Source of the DNA: the human T2T-CHM13v2.0 reference genome, Homo sapiens
DNA: 64,000 bases
Reading direction: 5' to 3'
NCBI GenBank assembly: GCA_009914755.4
Contig: CP068257.2
Span: 7,584,001-7,648,000 of the forward strand
Part shown: piece by piece, positions 1 to 13,000 of the stretch
Layout of the letters: every line of letters begins with the position of its first letter
Numbering within the stretch: position 1 is the stretch's first letter
Notes under the pieces: generated by a model
Seen by the model: the letters and a program-made list of their open reading frames with translations, nothing else
Told to the model about the DNA's origin: nothing
Database searches by the model: none
Position numbers and translations under genes: made by a program

Positions 1-135
<135 letters not shown>

Positions 136-3100
136 ATAAGTAAATAAAATTAAAAATAAAGATATTCACTGAACCTGTTACTATGATATATTTAAGCAAG
201 ACATGGCGACCCTAAAAATTAGAGATCATTGAAGACCAAAGTAACAACATGTGGTCATTATTTCTCAAATTGAAGTATATAAAATAAATAAATTTAATTG
301 CATGCTTAGGTAAGAAAATATTGATAAAAATGATTGAATATTTTATCTTATTTCATAATTCTAAGCAGGGCTTTAGCACAATATGAAAACTAGATTATTC
401 ATGTAATCCAAATAAAAGACAATTTTTATTCTAATTTTAACTCAGAAATTATTTTGCTTATTTAACAATTTTACTGAAAGGTAAATGAGATAAATAGGAC
501 AGATTATAATTACCTAAATTGCTATGGTAACTTATGTACAAATAGCTGTTCGTCACTGAAAGTCAAAAAAGTAACCAGCGCTGCAACTTAAGATGGATCA
601 TACAACAGAAATTAGTACCAAGTTACCTTATCTTATAATATTATGTTATTAAAATGAAATTTTAAAACAACACCAAAAATTAAGTTGGGGTTATACAAAG
701 TGTGCAGAAAAGATTTCATATAACAGGCAAGAGACTGCCATCCTTAGAAAGGCCTGCATGCAAGGCTGGCCCTTGGCTGGTGTTTAGGAAATTGGAATTG
801 GGAGGGTTTCCACCATTCCGTGAGAAGAGTGGCTCACTGTGTCTAAAGTTTTTATAGAAACCGCCAATGGGTGAAATCCAAAGCAGCAGCTGGTGTATCC
901 ATTAACATTCTCAAAACAGGATGCATCTGGACCCCTGTGTGCAATCTTCATAGCACACAGACACTAAACAGAAAGGCAGTCATTGCTGCCAAACAGGACC
1001 CAAATGTCACACACAGTGCAATGAAGCTATAAGCTCCCTATGGAGAGAAAAGTAGACAAATCAAAAATATTCAATATCCAATCCAAGTCCACATTAAATC
1101 TTGATTCCAGAAACGTGCATTAACCACTTCAAAGACTAAAATTTAAGCCATCTTTTCTATAGCGATTTCCCATTTGGTTGGCAGGCATACAGGAGTAGAG
1201 AATGATTTAATTTACTTACAAGTATTCAGAAAAGATAGTGACCTCTACATTCAACCAGCTACAGCAGCTTAGCACCCAGCCAAAGCCTGCATCTCTCCCA
1301 CCTTAAGATTTAGTGGTTGGCTAGAGTTAGCAGCATCCAGGCCACATCTATCTCTGCATTCTAAGTTTGCTTCCAAGATAAAGATACAAATGCAGGCTGG
1401 CTCCAACCTAGCCAGAGATCCCAGCCCCACTCTCTGCATCCCAAAATCCCTCAAAGACCCAAGAGATTTTCCAGATTTCTACAGTCTCCTAACAGGTCCC
1501 CTTGACAGTTAAATGCCCTCTCTTTACCTCAACTAGCTGCAGGTAGAATATAATGGGTACAGCAGAAAGTCACTGTAAGTGTAATATGAAGATACACAGC
1601 CCTTTTAAGCATTTCATTATATTACATCTAGCTTACTTCTAAGTGATTTATTCAGATGTGACTGAAGAAAGTCTAAAGGGAAAAAAAAACAATTTAATTT
1701 GATAAATTAAATTATCAATTATAGCCAAATTATTTGGGTATAACAAATTAAACATTTTAAGCAGACAGAAGATGCAAACATTTTAAGTTTACAGAAGATA
1801 TAAAATGTTCACTATCAAAATGTCGCAACTGATAAAAATGTTCTCAAATATTTCTGTCTCAAACTTGCATTGTTCATTAAGGAAGCAAAATAGGTGGGAC
1901 ATACACAGCAACAACATCCCTCAAAAAACACCTTGGCTCATTCCTATAAGCCAGGCAGCAAATACATCATCCTTACATATGTTAATTACCTTCCAATTTC
2001 AAATTCTCAACTGTGAAATAAAGGACCATTTTATTTGGCTGCTTCCAGTTCAATATGACTGTTTTTATTAAAACATCTCTAACTTGAAAAATATTTGGTG
2101 TTTTCTAAAAAACTGCAAATTGCCACAAATGGCCAGATAATTTGGAATAAACACCCTACAGAAAAAAATATATATTCAAGTTGCATAAGTCACTTTGAGC
2201 AATCCTTTGAGGATATTTCATTTATATCTAAATGAACCACAGGTTTAGCTGGCTTTTCTGGAAAACCAGAAGCAAATAATGTATGATTATAATGAAAACC
2301 ATCTCAAGCAATTTTGAAATGAAGTACCACATGTCTTATGCTGTCCCTTCCATGCACTTGACAAAACAGCCTATAACAAATTGTTTACTTTGAGATTTAG
2401 CAGGAAAATTCCATGAGGTTTAAATGAGATTACTAATAATAAGCCATCTACCTTTGACTCTATTCCAATTAAAAATGGGTTAGGAAAGTGCTTTGAAAAT
2501 CAAGTGTGTTCATCAGGGAATCATTTACCTAAGTCTTCTTAACACTGCTTAGTGAATATTAAGCCTGATATAGTAAATACACGCTAACCACTAAATTGAA
2601 GGGGAAAGAGGGAGAACAAAGAGACATGTAAAGTACACTTACTTTTTCTAGTAGGAAAAAGCCAATTAAAACTATCACCTATTAGTTTTATTGGAATCAG
2701 TCTTACAGGAGGTCAAACTTCCTACTGTTGCTACCTATTCTCAATATTTTTCTTATTTCTTCCTAAACTTCTAGAGCCGTGCTGTCCAATAAATATGTGA
2801 GCCACATATGTAATTTTAAATGTACTAGTAAGCCCCATTAAAAGGTGAAATTAATTTTAAATATACTTAACTCAGTATGTCCCAAATAGTAAACATAGTA
2901 ATAATTTTAACATGTAATCAATATAAAAAATTATCAAGCAGATATTCTACGCTGTTCTTCCCACTCCAATGACAAAATCCAGTATATTTAACACAACACA
3001 TCTCAATTAGGACTAGCCAGGATTTCAAGTGCTCAATAGTTACAGGTGGCTAGCGCCTACTGAATTGGACACTGTAGTTTCAGTGCATTGAATTTCTGTC

Positions 3101-3589
3101 CCACTTAGCGCTAATTAAAACTTCACCCTCTCACCTGATAATTATGCTAAGATCTCAGAAAGTAACCCACTACAGGCAGTTTCAAGCCCTAATTTACCTC
3201 TAATTACTCTTACAGCAATGCGATGAATCATGATTTAAAATTTTAAAAAAAAATTGCTGTTAAATTATTAGTCAAGCGCCCAGGGCAATGGACAGTAAAG
3301 AAATAATGTAGGCCATGGGCCGAGATGACAAAACGGTCCTTTTATTTAAAGCTATAACAATAATCTGAAGCCAGCCCTGTAAAATAGACATCCATTGAAA
3401 AAGTCATGCTAGTTCTTTTGCTTTTTTGTGTACTTGGCCTCCTGTGTCCCTAAACAGACCTCTTCTCAGCAGGGTTTGCTCAGCAAGTCACTTGTTGAGT
3501 CTTGCGGTCAGCAGAGGGGGTAGGGAATGGCAGGGACTGGCATAGGAGTGAGGGGGAGGAGGCAAGGTGAGGGGGGCCAGGTGAGGAGG

Positions 3590-3645
3590 GGGGCACTTCA
3601 AGGGGAGTTCAAGACCAGCCTGGGCAACATGGTGAGACCACCGCC
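3590..3645 (+). mobile_element. Short Alu-derived fragment next to a G-rich tract
   Basis: 'gttcaagaccagcctgggcaacatggtgagacc' matches the Alu consensus. Runs of G precede it at 3540-3600. Confidence 0.5.
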
Positions 3646-4999
3646 CCTCACCGCCGCCATCTCTGGTCTCACTCTGGTCTCACACACATGCACAAATTAA
3701 ATTTAATTTAAAAATTAAAAAATTGTTTTAAAATAAGTGGAATATTTACATGGATTATGTATACATTCATTTTGTAGAACTATAGATCCCATGTAACTGG
3801 GAACTCTTTACTCTTCTAACACAACATTTATTTAGCCACAAATGAAAGACCAGTGATGTAGCCTGTACACAAAAAAGTAAGAAAACACTGGTTAGGCTGG
3901 GGCAGGGGTGGGGGGAAGAGATCTACAAATTTAAAATTTTATTGGGAAGGATCACTAATTAGAATCAGAACAATTACTGCTTTAAAGTAGTTAAGAACAG
4001 AGCACAAGGAACCCAGAGAAGAAGCAGATATGATTCAGAGCAGAGCTTACAGAGCAGATGGTATCTGAGCCGAGACTGATAGAATAACATTAATAAGGGC
4101 ATTCACGGCCATTTATTATCACTTAACTGCAATGCATTTTGTATAAGTTATTTCTACTCTTCATATCAACCATGGAAAATAATACTTATTCTTCTCTTTT
4201 GAAGTTAAAGAAGTGGTAAGTGGTCTAAGAAGATAAATTAACATACCAACACCAAATAGCTCAAGTTCAGTGACTCAAGAGGGCCCGCGTCTCCCCAAGA
4301 GGTTGCTCAGCAGGCAGACGAGGTAGAGAGCCCTTCCAAGAAGTGACAGTGAGATGTGAAAGGTCCCAGTGTGTCTCTGAGAACAACAGAAACCAGTATG
4401 TAGACCAAGTGGGAAAAGCCACGGAAGAGGCAGGGATTTCCTCTTAAGATAGCAAGAATAAACAGAGCAGGGCTGAGGAAAGCCATGGAAAACGGGCAGA
4501 ATGCCATGAATTTAGTGAGAAAAAGACAATTTTTACTTTAGAAAGGGGGAAAGAATGGTGGTGGTCTAGGTAAGCCTAGAAGCAGAGGAAAGGGCAATGG
4601 AGAAAAAATAAACAAAATGTATGAGTCAGGGTTCTCCAGAGGGACAGAACCAACAAGATACAGGTATATGTATAAGGGAGTTTACGAGAGAGAATTGGTT
4701 CACACGGTTAGAAGGCAGTCCCACAATAGGCTGTCTGCCAGGTAGGGAAAGAGAGAAGCTAGTAGTGGCTCAGTCCAAGTCCAAAAGCCTCAAAACCAGG
4801 AAAGCCCGCAGTGCAGTCTTCAGTATGAGGCCGAGGGCCTGAGAGCCTCGGGGAAGCCGCTGGTGCAAGTCCCAGAGTCCAAAGGCATAAGAACCTGGAG
4901 TCTCATGTCCGAGGGCAGGAAGAAGGGAAGCAAGTGTCCTGCACGGGAAGAAGAAAAAAAGAGAGCCAGAAGCTTCAGCTAGCAAGGTTATCCCATCTT

Positions 5000-6790
5000 C
5001 CTCCGCCTGCTTTATTCTATACAGTGCAGCGTATGTACACCACTTCTGTGATATTGTTCCTAATATCCATGGGAAGAAAGAGTGATGTTACTCCCAAGAG
5101 CATATGGGGGTGTACATCCCTTGTGATATTATTCCTAGTATGCAGGGGCAGGGAAATGACATTACTCCCAATATTGCAGAGGGTGTACTCCCCGCCCTGT
5201 GATATTGTTCCTAATATTTAGGGGATAGTGGGTGATATTACTCCCAATATCAGAGGGGGTGTGCACCCCCCGTGGTATTCTTCCTAATATCCAGGGTGGG
5301 GGGAGAGGTTTATATTACTGTCAATGTCACAGGGGGTGTACATCCTCCCGTGGTATTGTTCCTAATATCTGGGGGGTAGAGGATATTACTGTCACTATCA
5401 CAGGGGGTGTAGACCCCTTCAGTGATATTGTTACTAATATCTGGCGGGGAGAGGATGATATTACTGTCAATATCGCAGGGGGTGTACACCCCCCGTGGTA
5501 TTGTTCCTAATATCCGGGGGGGAAGAGGAAATTACTGTCAATATCACAGTGGGTGTACACCTCTTCTGTGATATTGTTCCTAATATCCGGGGAGGAGAGG
5601 ATATTACTGTCAATATCGCAGGGAGTGTACAACCCTTCTGTGACATTGCTCCTAATATCCGGGGGTGGGAGAGGATATTACTGTCAATATCGCAGGGGGT
5701 GTACACCCCTTCTGTGATATTGTTCCCAATATTCAGGTGGGGAGAGGATCATATCACTTTCAATATCACCAAGTGTGTACATCACCATTGTGATATTGTT
5801 CCTATATTTAGGGGATAGTGGATTATATTACTGTCAATATCACAGGGGGTGTGCACCCCCCCATGGTATTGTTCCTAATGTCCAGCAAGGGAGAAAACAC
5901 TACTACTTCCAATATGGCAGGGGGTGTACACGTCCTATGGGATACTGTTCCTATATCCATGGGGGAAAAGGATATTGGGAACAATATTACAAACAATATC
6001 ACAGGGGGTGTACATGTCCTGAGATATGAGGAGTAATATAACCCTCTCCCCCTCTAGATATTACAAACTGTATCACAGAGGGGTGTAAACCCCTGCAATG
6101 TGGAAAGTAAAATCATCTTCTCCCCCACTGGATATTACAAATAATATCACAGACGGTGTACATGTGAGGTGTTTATGATATTGGGAGTAATATCATATCC
6201 CCCAGTGGATATTATGAACAATATCACAGAGGGGTGTATACACACTCTGCCTTATAGGGAGTAATATACTCCTCTCCCACCCTGGATATTACAAACAATA
6301 TCACAGAGGGTGTACACACAGGGTGTTTATGGTATTGGAAGTAGTATTATCTCCCCCATGGATATTACTAATAATATCACAGGGGTGTGTACATCCCCTG
6401 TGATACAGGGAGTAATATCATCCTTTCCCAGCCTGGATATTACAAACAATATGGCAGGGGGCAGTACACCCTGGCGATATGGGTAGTAACATCATCTCCT
6501 CCCCGCGTGGATATTATGAACAATATTCTAGGGGGTTGTACACCCCCTGCAATATGGGGAGTAGCATCATCCTCTCCCCCACTAGATATTATAAACAATA
6601 TCACAAGGGGGTGTACACTTCCTGCAATAAAAGGAGAAATATAATTCTTTCCCCCAGAGATATTATGAACAATATCGCAGGGAATTGTTCTCCCATGCTA
6701 TATGGGGAGTAACATCTTCATCTTCCCCCTGGATATTACGAAAAATAATGCAGGGGAATGTAAATCCCCTGCGATATGGGGAGTAAAATC
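5000..6790. repeat. Tandem satellite, unit about 66-86 bp. Orientation A covers 5000 to about 6030 and inverted orientation B covers about 6030 to 6790.
   Basis: The unit 'tgtgatattgttcctaatatccagggg..gagaggatgatattactcccaatatcacagggggtgtacacccc' recurs with a variable G/A-rich spacer. After about 6030 the units read as the reverse complement, 'ggatattacaaacaatatcacagaggggtgtacac'. Many short ORFs on both strands simply track the repeat. Confidence 0.85.
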
Positions 6791-6796
6791 ATTCTC

Positions 6797-7091
<295 letters not shown>

Positions 7092-7147
7092 TCAAATCAT
7101 TCTCTCCCTCCCTGGATATTATGGACAATATCACAGGGGAGTGTACA
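7092..7147. repeat. Satellite unit (orientation B) between the Alu and the NUMT
   Basis: 'tcaaatcattctctccctccctggatattatggacaatatcacaggggagtgtaca'. Confidence 0.8.
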
Positions 7148-7149
7148 AT

Positions 7150-7650
7150 GAGTTTCTAGAATGTATTTGAGGAGGGTGACGGGCGGTGTGTGCATGCTTC
7201 ATGGCCTTATTCAATTAAACACTCTGCTCTCAATTTATTGCTAAATCCTCCTTGAGCCCTTAGATTTCATAACGGTTGTCGCGACATTTTTCTGGATGTA
7301 GAAAACGTTCCTATTTCTTGCCACCTCATGGGCTACACCTTGAACTAAAGTTTTTATGTAGATACTTGTGCTTACTCTGCGGCCTTTCCAGGGTTTGCTG
7401 AAGATGGAGGTATTTAGGCTGGGCAAGAGGTGGTGAGGTAAATTGGGGTTTATCGATTATAGAACAGCCTCCTTTAGAGGGATATAAAGCACCGCCAAGT
7501 CCTTTGAGTTTTAAGCTGTTGCTTGTAGTGTTCTGGCGAACAGTTTTGTTGATCTAACTATTCGAGTTTAGAGTTAAGCATAGCGGGGTATCTACTCCCA
7601 GTTTGGATCTTAGCTATTTTGTCTTCAGAATATTAAAGGCACCTTCGTAG
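7150..7650 (-). pseudogene. MT-RNR1: NUMT segment: 3' two-thirds of mitochondrial 12S rRNA (MT-RNR1), reverse orientation
   Basis: Positions 7440-7650 match the reverse complement of the 12S region containing 'CAAACTGGGATTAGATACCCCACTATGC'. 'gagggtgacgggcggtgtgt' matches the 12S 3' end. Confidence 0.75.
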
Positions 7651-7699
7651 TTATTTCAGCTGGGGTTTTTTTACAACTTTTTTACAACTTATTTAGAAA

Positions 7700-8791
7700 C
7701 TTTCAGGTTTCTAAATATATGAATGAACCATAATATAAGCCTCGGCCAATACAATGCTGGTTAGGCCTCCTACTGTAAAAAGGAAAATAAATCCCCGGGC
7801 TCACAGCATTGCGGGGGATCATTTGATATTACCGCCGTGAAGTGTAGCTAGCTAGTCAGCTAAAAACTTTGACGCTAGTAGGAATAGCAATAATTATAAT
7901 AGCAGAGGTGAAGCAGGCTCATGTATCCACAACTATCCCTACCGTAAATATACGGTGGGCCCATACAATAAACCGTAAGGACCCAACTGATCCTATAGCT
8001 CACACTAGGCCCATATACCTGAATGGTTCTTTTTTCTTCCAGAATAGTATGTTACGACGTGGGAAATTATCCCAAAGCCCAGTGGGATGAGGATGTAGAC
8101 TTCAGGGTGACCAAAGAATCTGAATAAATGCTGAAATAAGATAGGATCACCTCCGCCAGCCAGATAGAAAAAAGTAGTATTAAGATTGCAGTCAGTTAAC
8201 AATATAGTGATGCCGGCGGCTAGGACTCGGAGACAAAGGAGTAGAAGAACTGCTGTAATTAGGACTAATCAGATGAAGAGGGGTGTGTGATATTGGGACA
8301 TGGCTGGGGGTTTTATATTAACAATTGTGGTAATAAAGTTAATAGCCCCTGAAGTAGAAGAAACACCTGTCAAGTGGAGTGAAAAGATAGTGAAATCTAC
8401 AGAGGCGCCTGCATGTGTTAGGTTTACTGCTAAGGGAGGAGAGACTGTTCAGCCGGTTCCAGTGCCGGCTTCTACTATAGTGGATGCAAGTAATAAAAGG
8501 AAGGAGGGTGGGAGGAGTCAGAAGCTCATATTATTTATGCAGAGAAATGCTATATCGGGGGCGCCAATTATCGGGGGACTAATCAGTTGCCAAGACCTCC
8601 AATTATAGTATTACCATAAAGAAAATTATGACAAATGCATAGGCTATAACAATGACATAAATTTGATCATCTAGTAGAGTTCAGCTCGAATTTAAAGCTG
8701 TACTGACTATCCCTGCTCATGTGCCAAATAATAAATATAATGTCTCGATATCTTTATGGTTGGTTGAGAATAGTCAACTGTCAGCCAACAT
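7700..8791 (-). pseudogene. MT-CO1: NUMT segment: mitochondrial COX1, roughly the 5' 1.1 kb, reverse orientation
   Basis: The minus-strand ORF 8005-8202 translates to '...[50 protein letters not shown]', a clear COX1 match. The start codon ATG is the reverse complement of 'cat' at 8789-8791. Beyond that the frame is broken under the standard code. Confidence 0.85.
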
Positions 8792-8810
8792 AAATGAAGT
8801 GAGAAAAAAG

Positions 8811-8876
8811 GGTAAAATGACTGAGTAGGGCATTAGACTGTACATCTAAAAACAGAGGTCAACGCCTGTTTTTACC
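8811..8876 (+). pseudogene. MT-TY: NUMT mt-tRNA-Tyr
   Basis: 'ggtaaaatgactgagtagggcattagactgtacatctaaaaacagaggtcaacgcctgtttttacc' compares with human mt tRNA-Tyr 'GGTAAAATGGCTGAGTGAAGCATTGGACTGTAAATCTAAAGACAGGGGTTAGGCCTCTTTTTACC'. Confidence 0.8.
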
Positions 8877-8944
8877 AGTCCCAAGGTGATTTTCATGTTG
8901 AATTGTAAATTCAAAGAAGCAGCTTCAATCCTGCTTCTCTCACC
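8877..8944 (+). pseudogene. MT-TC: NUMT mt-tRNA-Cys, followed by an OriL-like stem
   Basis: 'ggtgattttcatgttgaattgtaaattcaaagaagcagcttcaatcct' matches the reverse complement of the human tRNA-Cys region. Confidence 0.75.
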
Positions 8945-8969
8945 TTTTTTCCCCCAGCTGCTGGAGAAG

Positions 8970-9090
8970 TAGATTCAAACCAGTTGACTAGGGAGTTTAG
9001 CTGTTAAGTTTTCATGGGTTTCAGTCTCATCAATTTAGTAAGGACTTAGCTTACTTAAAGTGATTGATCTGTATTCAATTGACCAAGGGT
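8970..9090 (+). pseudogene. MT-TN: NUMT mt-tRNA-Asn and partial tRNA-Ala
   Basis: 'tagattcaaaccagttgactagggagtttagctgttaagttttcatgggtttcagtctcatcaatttagtaaggacttagcttacttaaagtg' matches the L-strand tRNA-Asn/Ala region. Confidence 0.7.
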
Positions 9091-9092
9091 GT

Positions 9093-9698
9093 TCTGTATC
9101 TGAGAAAGTACATTTCAGGGTCACCATACAACAACTGTTCAAAAAGGCCTCCAATATGGGACAGTCCTATTTATTATCTCAGAAATATTCCTCTTCGCTG
9201 GATTCTTTTGAGCATTCTACCATTCTAGCCTAGCCCCTACTCCAGAATTAGGAGGGCATTGACCCCCAACAGGTATTTCTCCCCTTGACCCCCTGGAAGT
9301 ACCTCTCCTGAATCCATCTGTATTACTTGCATCAGGAATTTCAATTACTTGAGCCCATCACAGCCTAACAAAAAATAATCAAAAACATACAATCCAAGCA
9401 CTACTTGTTACAATTATATTAGATATTTACTTCACCTTCCTACAAGTCTCAGAATACTTCAAAGCTCCCTTTGTTATTTCTGATGGTATTTATGGCTCAA
9501 CATTTTTTTATAGCTACAGGCTTTCACAGAATTCACATCATTATTGGATCAACATTCCTCAGTCTGCCTTCTCCGCCAATTAAAATACCACTTTACATCT
9601 AGTCATCATTTTGCCTTTGAAGCCGCTGCCTGATATCGACACTTTGTAGATATAGTATGACTATTCTTGTATGTTTCTATTTATTGATGAGGATCTTA
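9093..9698 (+). pseudogene. MT-CO3: NUMT segment: COX3 lacking about the first 170 bp, forward orientation. The junction with the inverted block is at about 9090.
   Basis: 'gtcaccatacaacaactgttcaaaaaggcctccaatatgggacagtcctatttattatctcagaaatattcctcttcgctggattcttttgagc...' aligns to human COX3 'CACACACCACCTGTCCAAAAAGGCCTTCGATACGGGATAATCCTATTTATTACCTCAGAAG...'. It ends at 'tgatgaggatctta'. Confidence 0.85.
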
Positions 9699-9758
9699 CT
9701 CTTTTAGTATAAATAGTACCATGATTTCCAAAGTTTTGATAGCATCCGAAAAACAGTA
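9699..9758 (+). pseudogene. MT-TG: NUMT mt-tRNA-Gly
   Basis: 'ctcttttagtataaatagtaccatgatttccaaagttttgatagcatcc' compares with human 'ACTCTTTTAGTATAAATAGTACCGTTAACTTCCAATTAAC'. Confidence 0.75.
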
Positions 9759-10070
9759 ATTCACCTAACATTAACCCTAGTAATCAACACCCTATTAGCC
9801 CTGTTACTAATAATTATTACATTTTGGCTCCCACAACTTAATATATATATGTAGAGAAGAGAGAAAAAAATATATATATGTATAAAATAAATATATATAG
9901 AAAAATCTAGCCCTTATGAATGCAGATTTGACCCTCTATCCTCTGCCCACATTCCCTTCTCCATAAAATTCTTTCTAGTAGACATCACATTTCCCCTATT
10001 TGAGTTAGAACTCGCCCTACTACTACCCTTACTGTGAGCCCTTCAAACAATCTGATACTAATAATCCCTG
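9759..10070 (+). pseudogene. MT-ND3: NUMT segment: ND3, truncated at the 3' end, with an inserted (TA)-rich low-complexity tract at 9838-9900
   Basis: 'cctaacattaaccctagtaatcaacaccctattagccctgttactaataattattacattttgg' and 'ccttactgtgagcccttcaaacaatctgatactaataatccc' match human ND3. Confidence 0.8.
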
Positions 10071-13000
10071 CGATATGTGTAGTGACTTCATACTTCACCC
10101 CCCCCCGGATATTACGGCCAATATCAGAGTGGAGTGTGCACCCCCTGCAATATGGGGAGTGATATCATCCTCTCCCCACTGGATGTTATGGACAATATCA
10201 CAGGAGGTTTACTTTCTCTGGGTTATGGGGAAAAATATCCTCCTGTCCCCGCCTGGATGTTAGACATATTTAGAGGGGGGTGTCCACCCCCTGTGATATG
10301 GGGAGTAGTAATATCCTCTCCTGCCCTGGATGTTATGGACAATATATAGGGAGATGTACAATCCCTTCGATATGGGGAGTAATATCATCCTCTTCCCCCT
10401 AAACGTTACGAACAGTATCACAGGGGGATGTACACCCCCTGCAATATCTGGAGTAGTATCATCCCCTTCTTCCCTAAATGTTACAGAGACTATCACAGGG
10501 GTGTGTACACCTTCTGAAACATGGGAATAATATTCTCTTCCCCTCTGGATGTTATTATGGACAACATTACAGCCGTGTGCACCCTCTATGATATGCAGAG
10601 TAATATCATCCTCTCCCCCCCGGATGTAAGTGACAATACCACAAACGGGTTTACATCCCCCGTGATATGGGGAGTAATATCATCCTCTTTCCCACTGGAT
10701 ATTAACAATATCACTTGGGGTGTGCAACCCCTGTGATATTCTGGATAATATCTTCTAATCCACTGAAAGTTATAAACAATATCACCAGTGTACACTCCCT
10801 GTGATATTGGAAGTAATATCATCCTCTAATCCCCTAAAAATTATGAACAGTATCACAGGGGAGTGTATACTTCCTACTATATTGGGAGTAATATCATCCT
10901 GTCGTCTTCTAAATATTATGAACAATATTACAGGGGATGTAACACTCCCTGCCATATGTGGAGTAATATCATCCTCTCCTTCCCTAAATATTGTGAACAA
11001 TATCACAGGAGGTTGTACACAATCTGCGATATTGTTTGTAGTATCCAGTGGGAAAGAGGATGCTATTACTCCCCATATCACAGGGGTTGTACACCCCCAC
11101 TGTGATATATTCAATAACATCCAGAAGTAATATTACTGACAAAATTGCAGGGGGTGTAAACCCCACCTGTGATAACGTTCCTAATATCCCTGGGAAGAGA
11201 GGATGATATTATTCCCAATATTGCAGGGGGTGTACACCCACCCTATGATATTGTTATTAATACCCAGGAGGGGAGACAATGGTATTACTCACAGTATCAA
11301 AGAGGTTGTACAGCCCCCCTGTGATAGTTTCTAATATCCAGGGGGTGTATACCACCCTTGTGATATTGTTTCTAATATGTAGGGGGAAGGACAATGATAT
11401 TACTGTCCGTATCACAGGGGGTGTACAACAAGCCGCCCGGGATATCATTCCTAATATCCATGGGAAGAAAGAATATTATAATATCACAGAAGTTGTACAC
11501 CCCCTCTGTGATATTGTTCCTAATATCAAAGACAGAAGGGTATGATGTTCTTCCCAAAATCACAGGAAGTGTATACACACCCTGTGCTATTTTTCCTAAT
11601 ATCGAGAGTGAGAGACAATGATACTTCCAATATCGTAAGGAGTGTACACTCTCCCCATGATAGCAGGTGGGGAAATGTTGATATTACTCCAAATGTCACA
11701 GTGGGTGTACACACGTTTTGCGATATTGTTCCTAATAGCAAGTGGGGAGGAGGATTGTATTACTCCCACCATATTACTCCCCACACCCCATTATACTGTT
11801 CTTAATATCCAGATTTGGAGAGGATGATATTACTCCCAAAATCTCAGGAGGTGTAGACCCCTTCTGTGATACTGTTTCTTATATCCAGGGGAAGACTAGA
11901 TGATAGTACTCCCAACAGTGCAGGGTGTTACACGCCACCCCCCATGATATTGTCTCTAATATCAAGTTGGGGAGAGGATGATATTGCTCCAAAGGTGCAC
12001 ACCAGCACTGTGATATTATTCCTAGTATCCAGAGAAGGAGAGAATGGTATTATTTTTAATATCACAGAGGGTGCACACCCCCCTTGTGATACTGCTCCTA
12101 ACATCCAAGGGGTAGAGGATGAAATTACTCCCAATATCACAGTGGGTATAAACCCCCCGTGGTATTGTTCCTAATATCCAGGGGGTATAGGATGATAGTA
12201 CTATAAATATCGCAAGGGGTGTACACCCTTCTGATATTGTTACTAATATCCGTGGGGGGAGTCGATGATATTACTTCCAATATCACAGGGCATGTACACC
12301 CCCCTTGTGATATTGTTCCTAATATCCTGGGAGGAGACTACGATATTACTGGCAATATCGCAGGGTGTGTGCATTCCCGTGATATTGTTCCTAATGTCCA
12401 GCAATGGAGAAAATATTACTCCCAATATGGTGGGGGTGTACACTTCCCATGCGATATCATTCCTAATATCCATGGGGGAAAAGGATGATATTACTCTAAA
12501 TGTCGCAGGAGGTGTAAACCGCCCCTGTGATATTGTTCTCAATATCCATGGGGGGAGAGAATGATATTACTCCCAATATCACAGGTGGTGTACACCCCTC
12601 CTGTTATATTATTCCTAATATCCAGGTTGGGAGAGAATAATATTACAGGTAAAATAGCAGGGGGTGTACACTCCGCCTGTGATATTGTTCCTAATATCTC
12701 GGGGAAGAGTGGACAATATTACTCTCAATATCGCAGGATGTGTACACCCCCTTTGTGATATTGTTCCTAATATCCATAGGGGGAGAGGGTGATACCACTC
12801 CCAATAGTGCAGAAAAGGTACAGCCCCGCTGTGATATCATTCCTAATATCCAGAGGGGACAGGATGATATTACTCCCAATATCAGAGAGGGCATACACCC
12901 CCTCCCCATGATATTGTTCATAATACCCAGGGGGTAGAGGATGATATTACTCCCAATATCACAGTGGGTGTACAACCACCCTGTGATATTGTTCCTTATA

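Larger units (their letters stand above)
7148..10070. other. Composite, rearranged nuclear mitochondrial insertion (NUMT), about 2.9 kb and ancient, with roughly 20-25% divergence from human mtDNA
   Basis: There are three mtDNA-derived blocks, each recognisable against human mtDNA. The first is 12S rRNA as reverse complement: 'gaggagggtgacgggcggtgtgtgc' is the reverse complement of GTACACACCGCCCGTCACCCTCC. The second is COX1 through tRNA-Tyr/Cys/Asn/Ala, inverted. The third is COX3 through tRNA-Gly to ND3, forward. It is flanked on both sides by the same satellite in the same orientation. Confidence 0.85.

Noticed and set aside
4620-4800. Possible interspersed-repeat fragment 'gggttctccagagggacagaaccaacaagatacaggtatatgtataagggagtttacgagagagaattggttcacacgg'
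   Set aside because: It resembles a common primate repeat I could not name confidently. It is left unannotated rather than guessed.
8300-8608. 102-aa ORF on the plus strand inside the NUMT
   Set aside because: It is antisense to the mitochondrial COX1 pseudogene segment and arises by chance in AT-skewed mtDNA-derived sequence.
7700-10070. Possibility that the mitochondrial genes here are functional or represent contaminating organelle DNA
   Set aside because: The sequence is about 20-25% diverged from human mtDNA, rearranged and strand-switched, interrupted by indels, and flanked on both sides by nuclear satellite. This is a NUMT, not live mtDNA.
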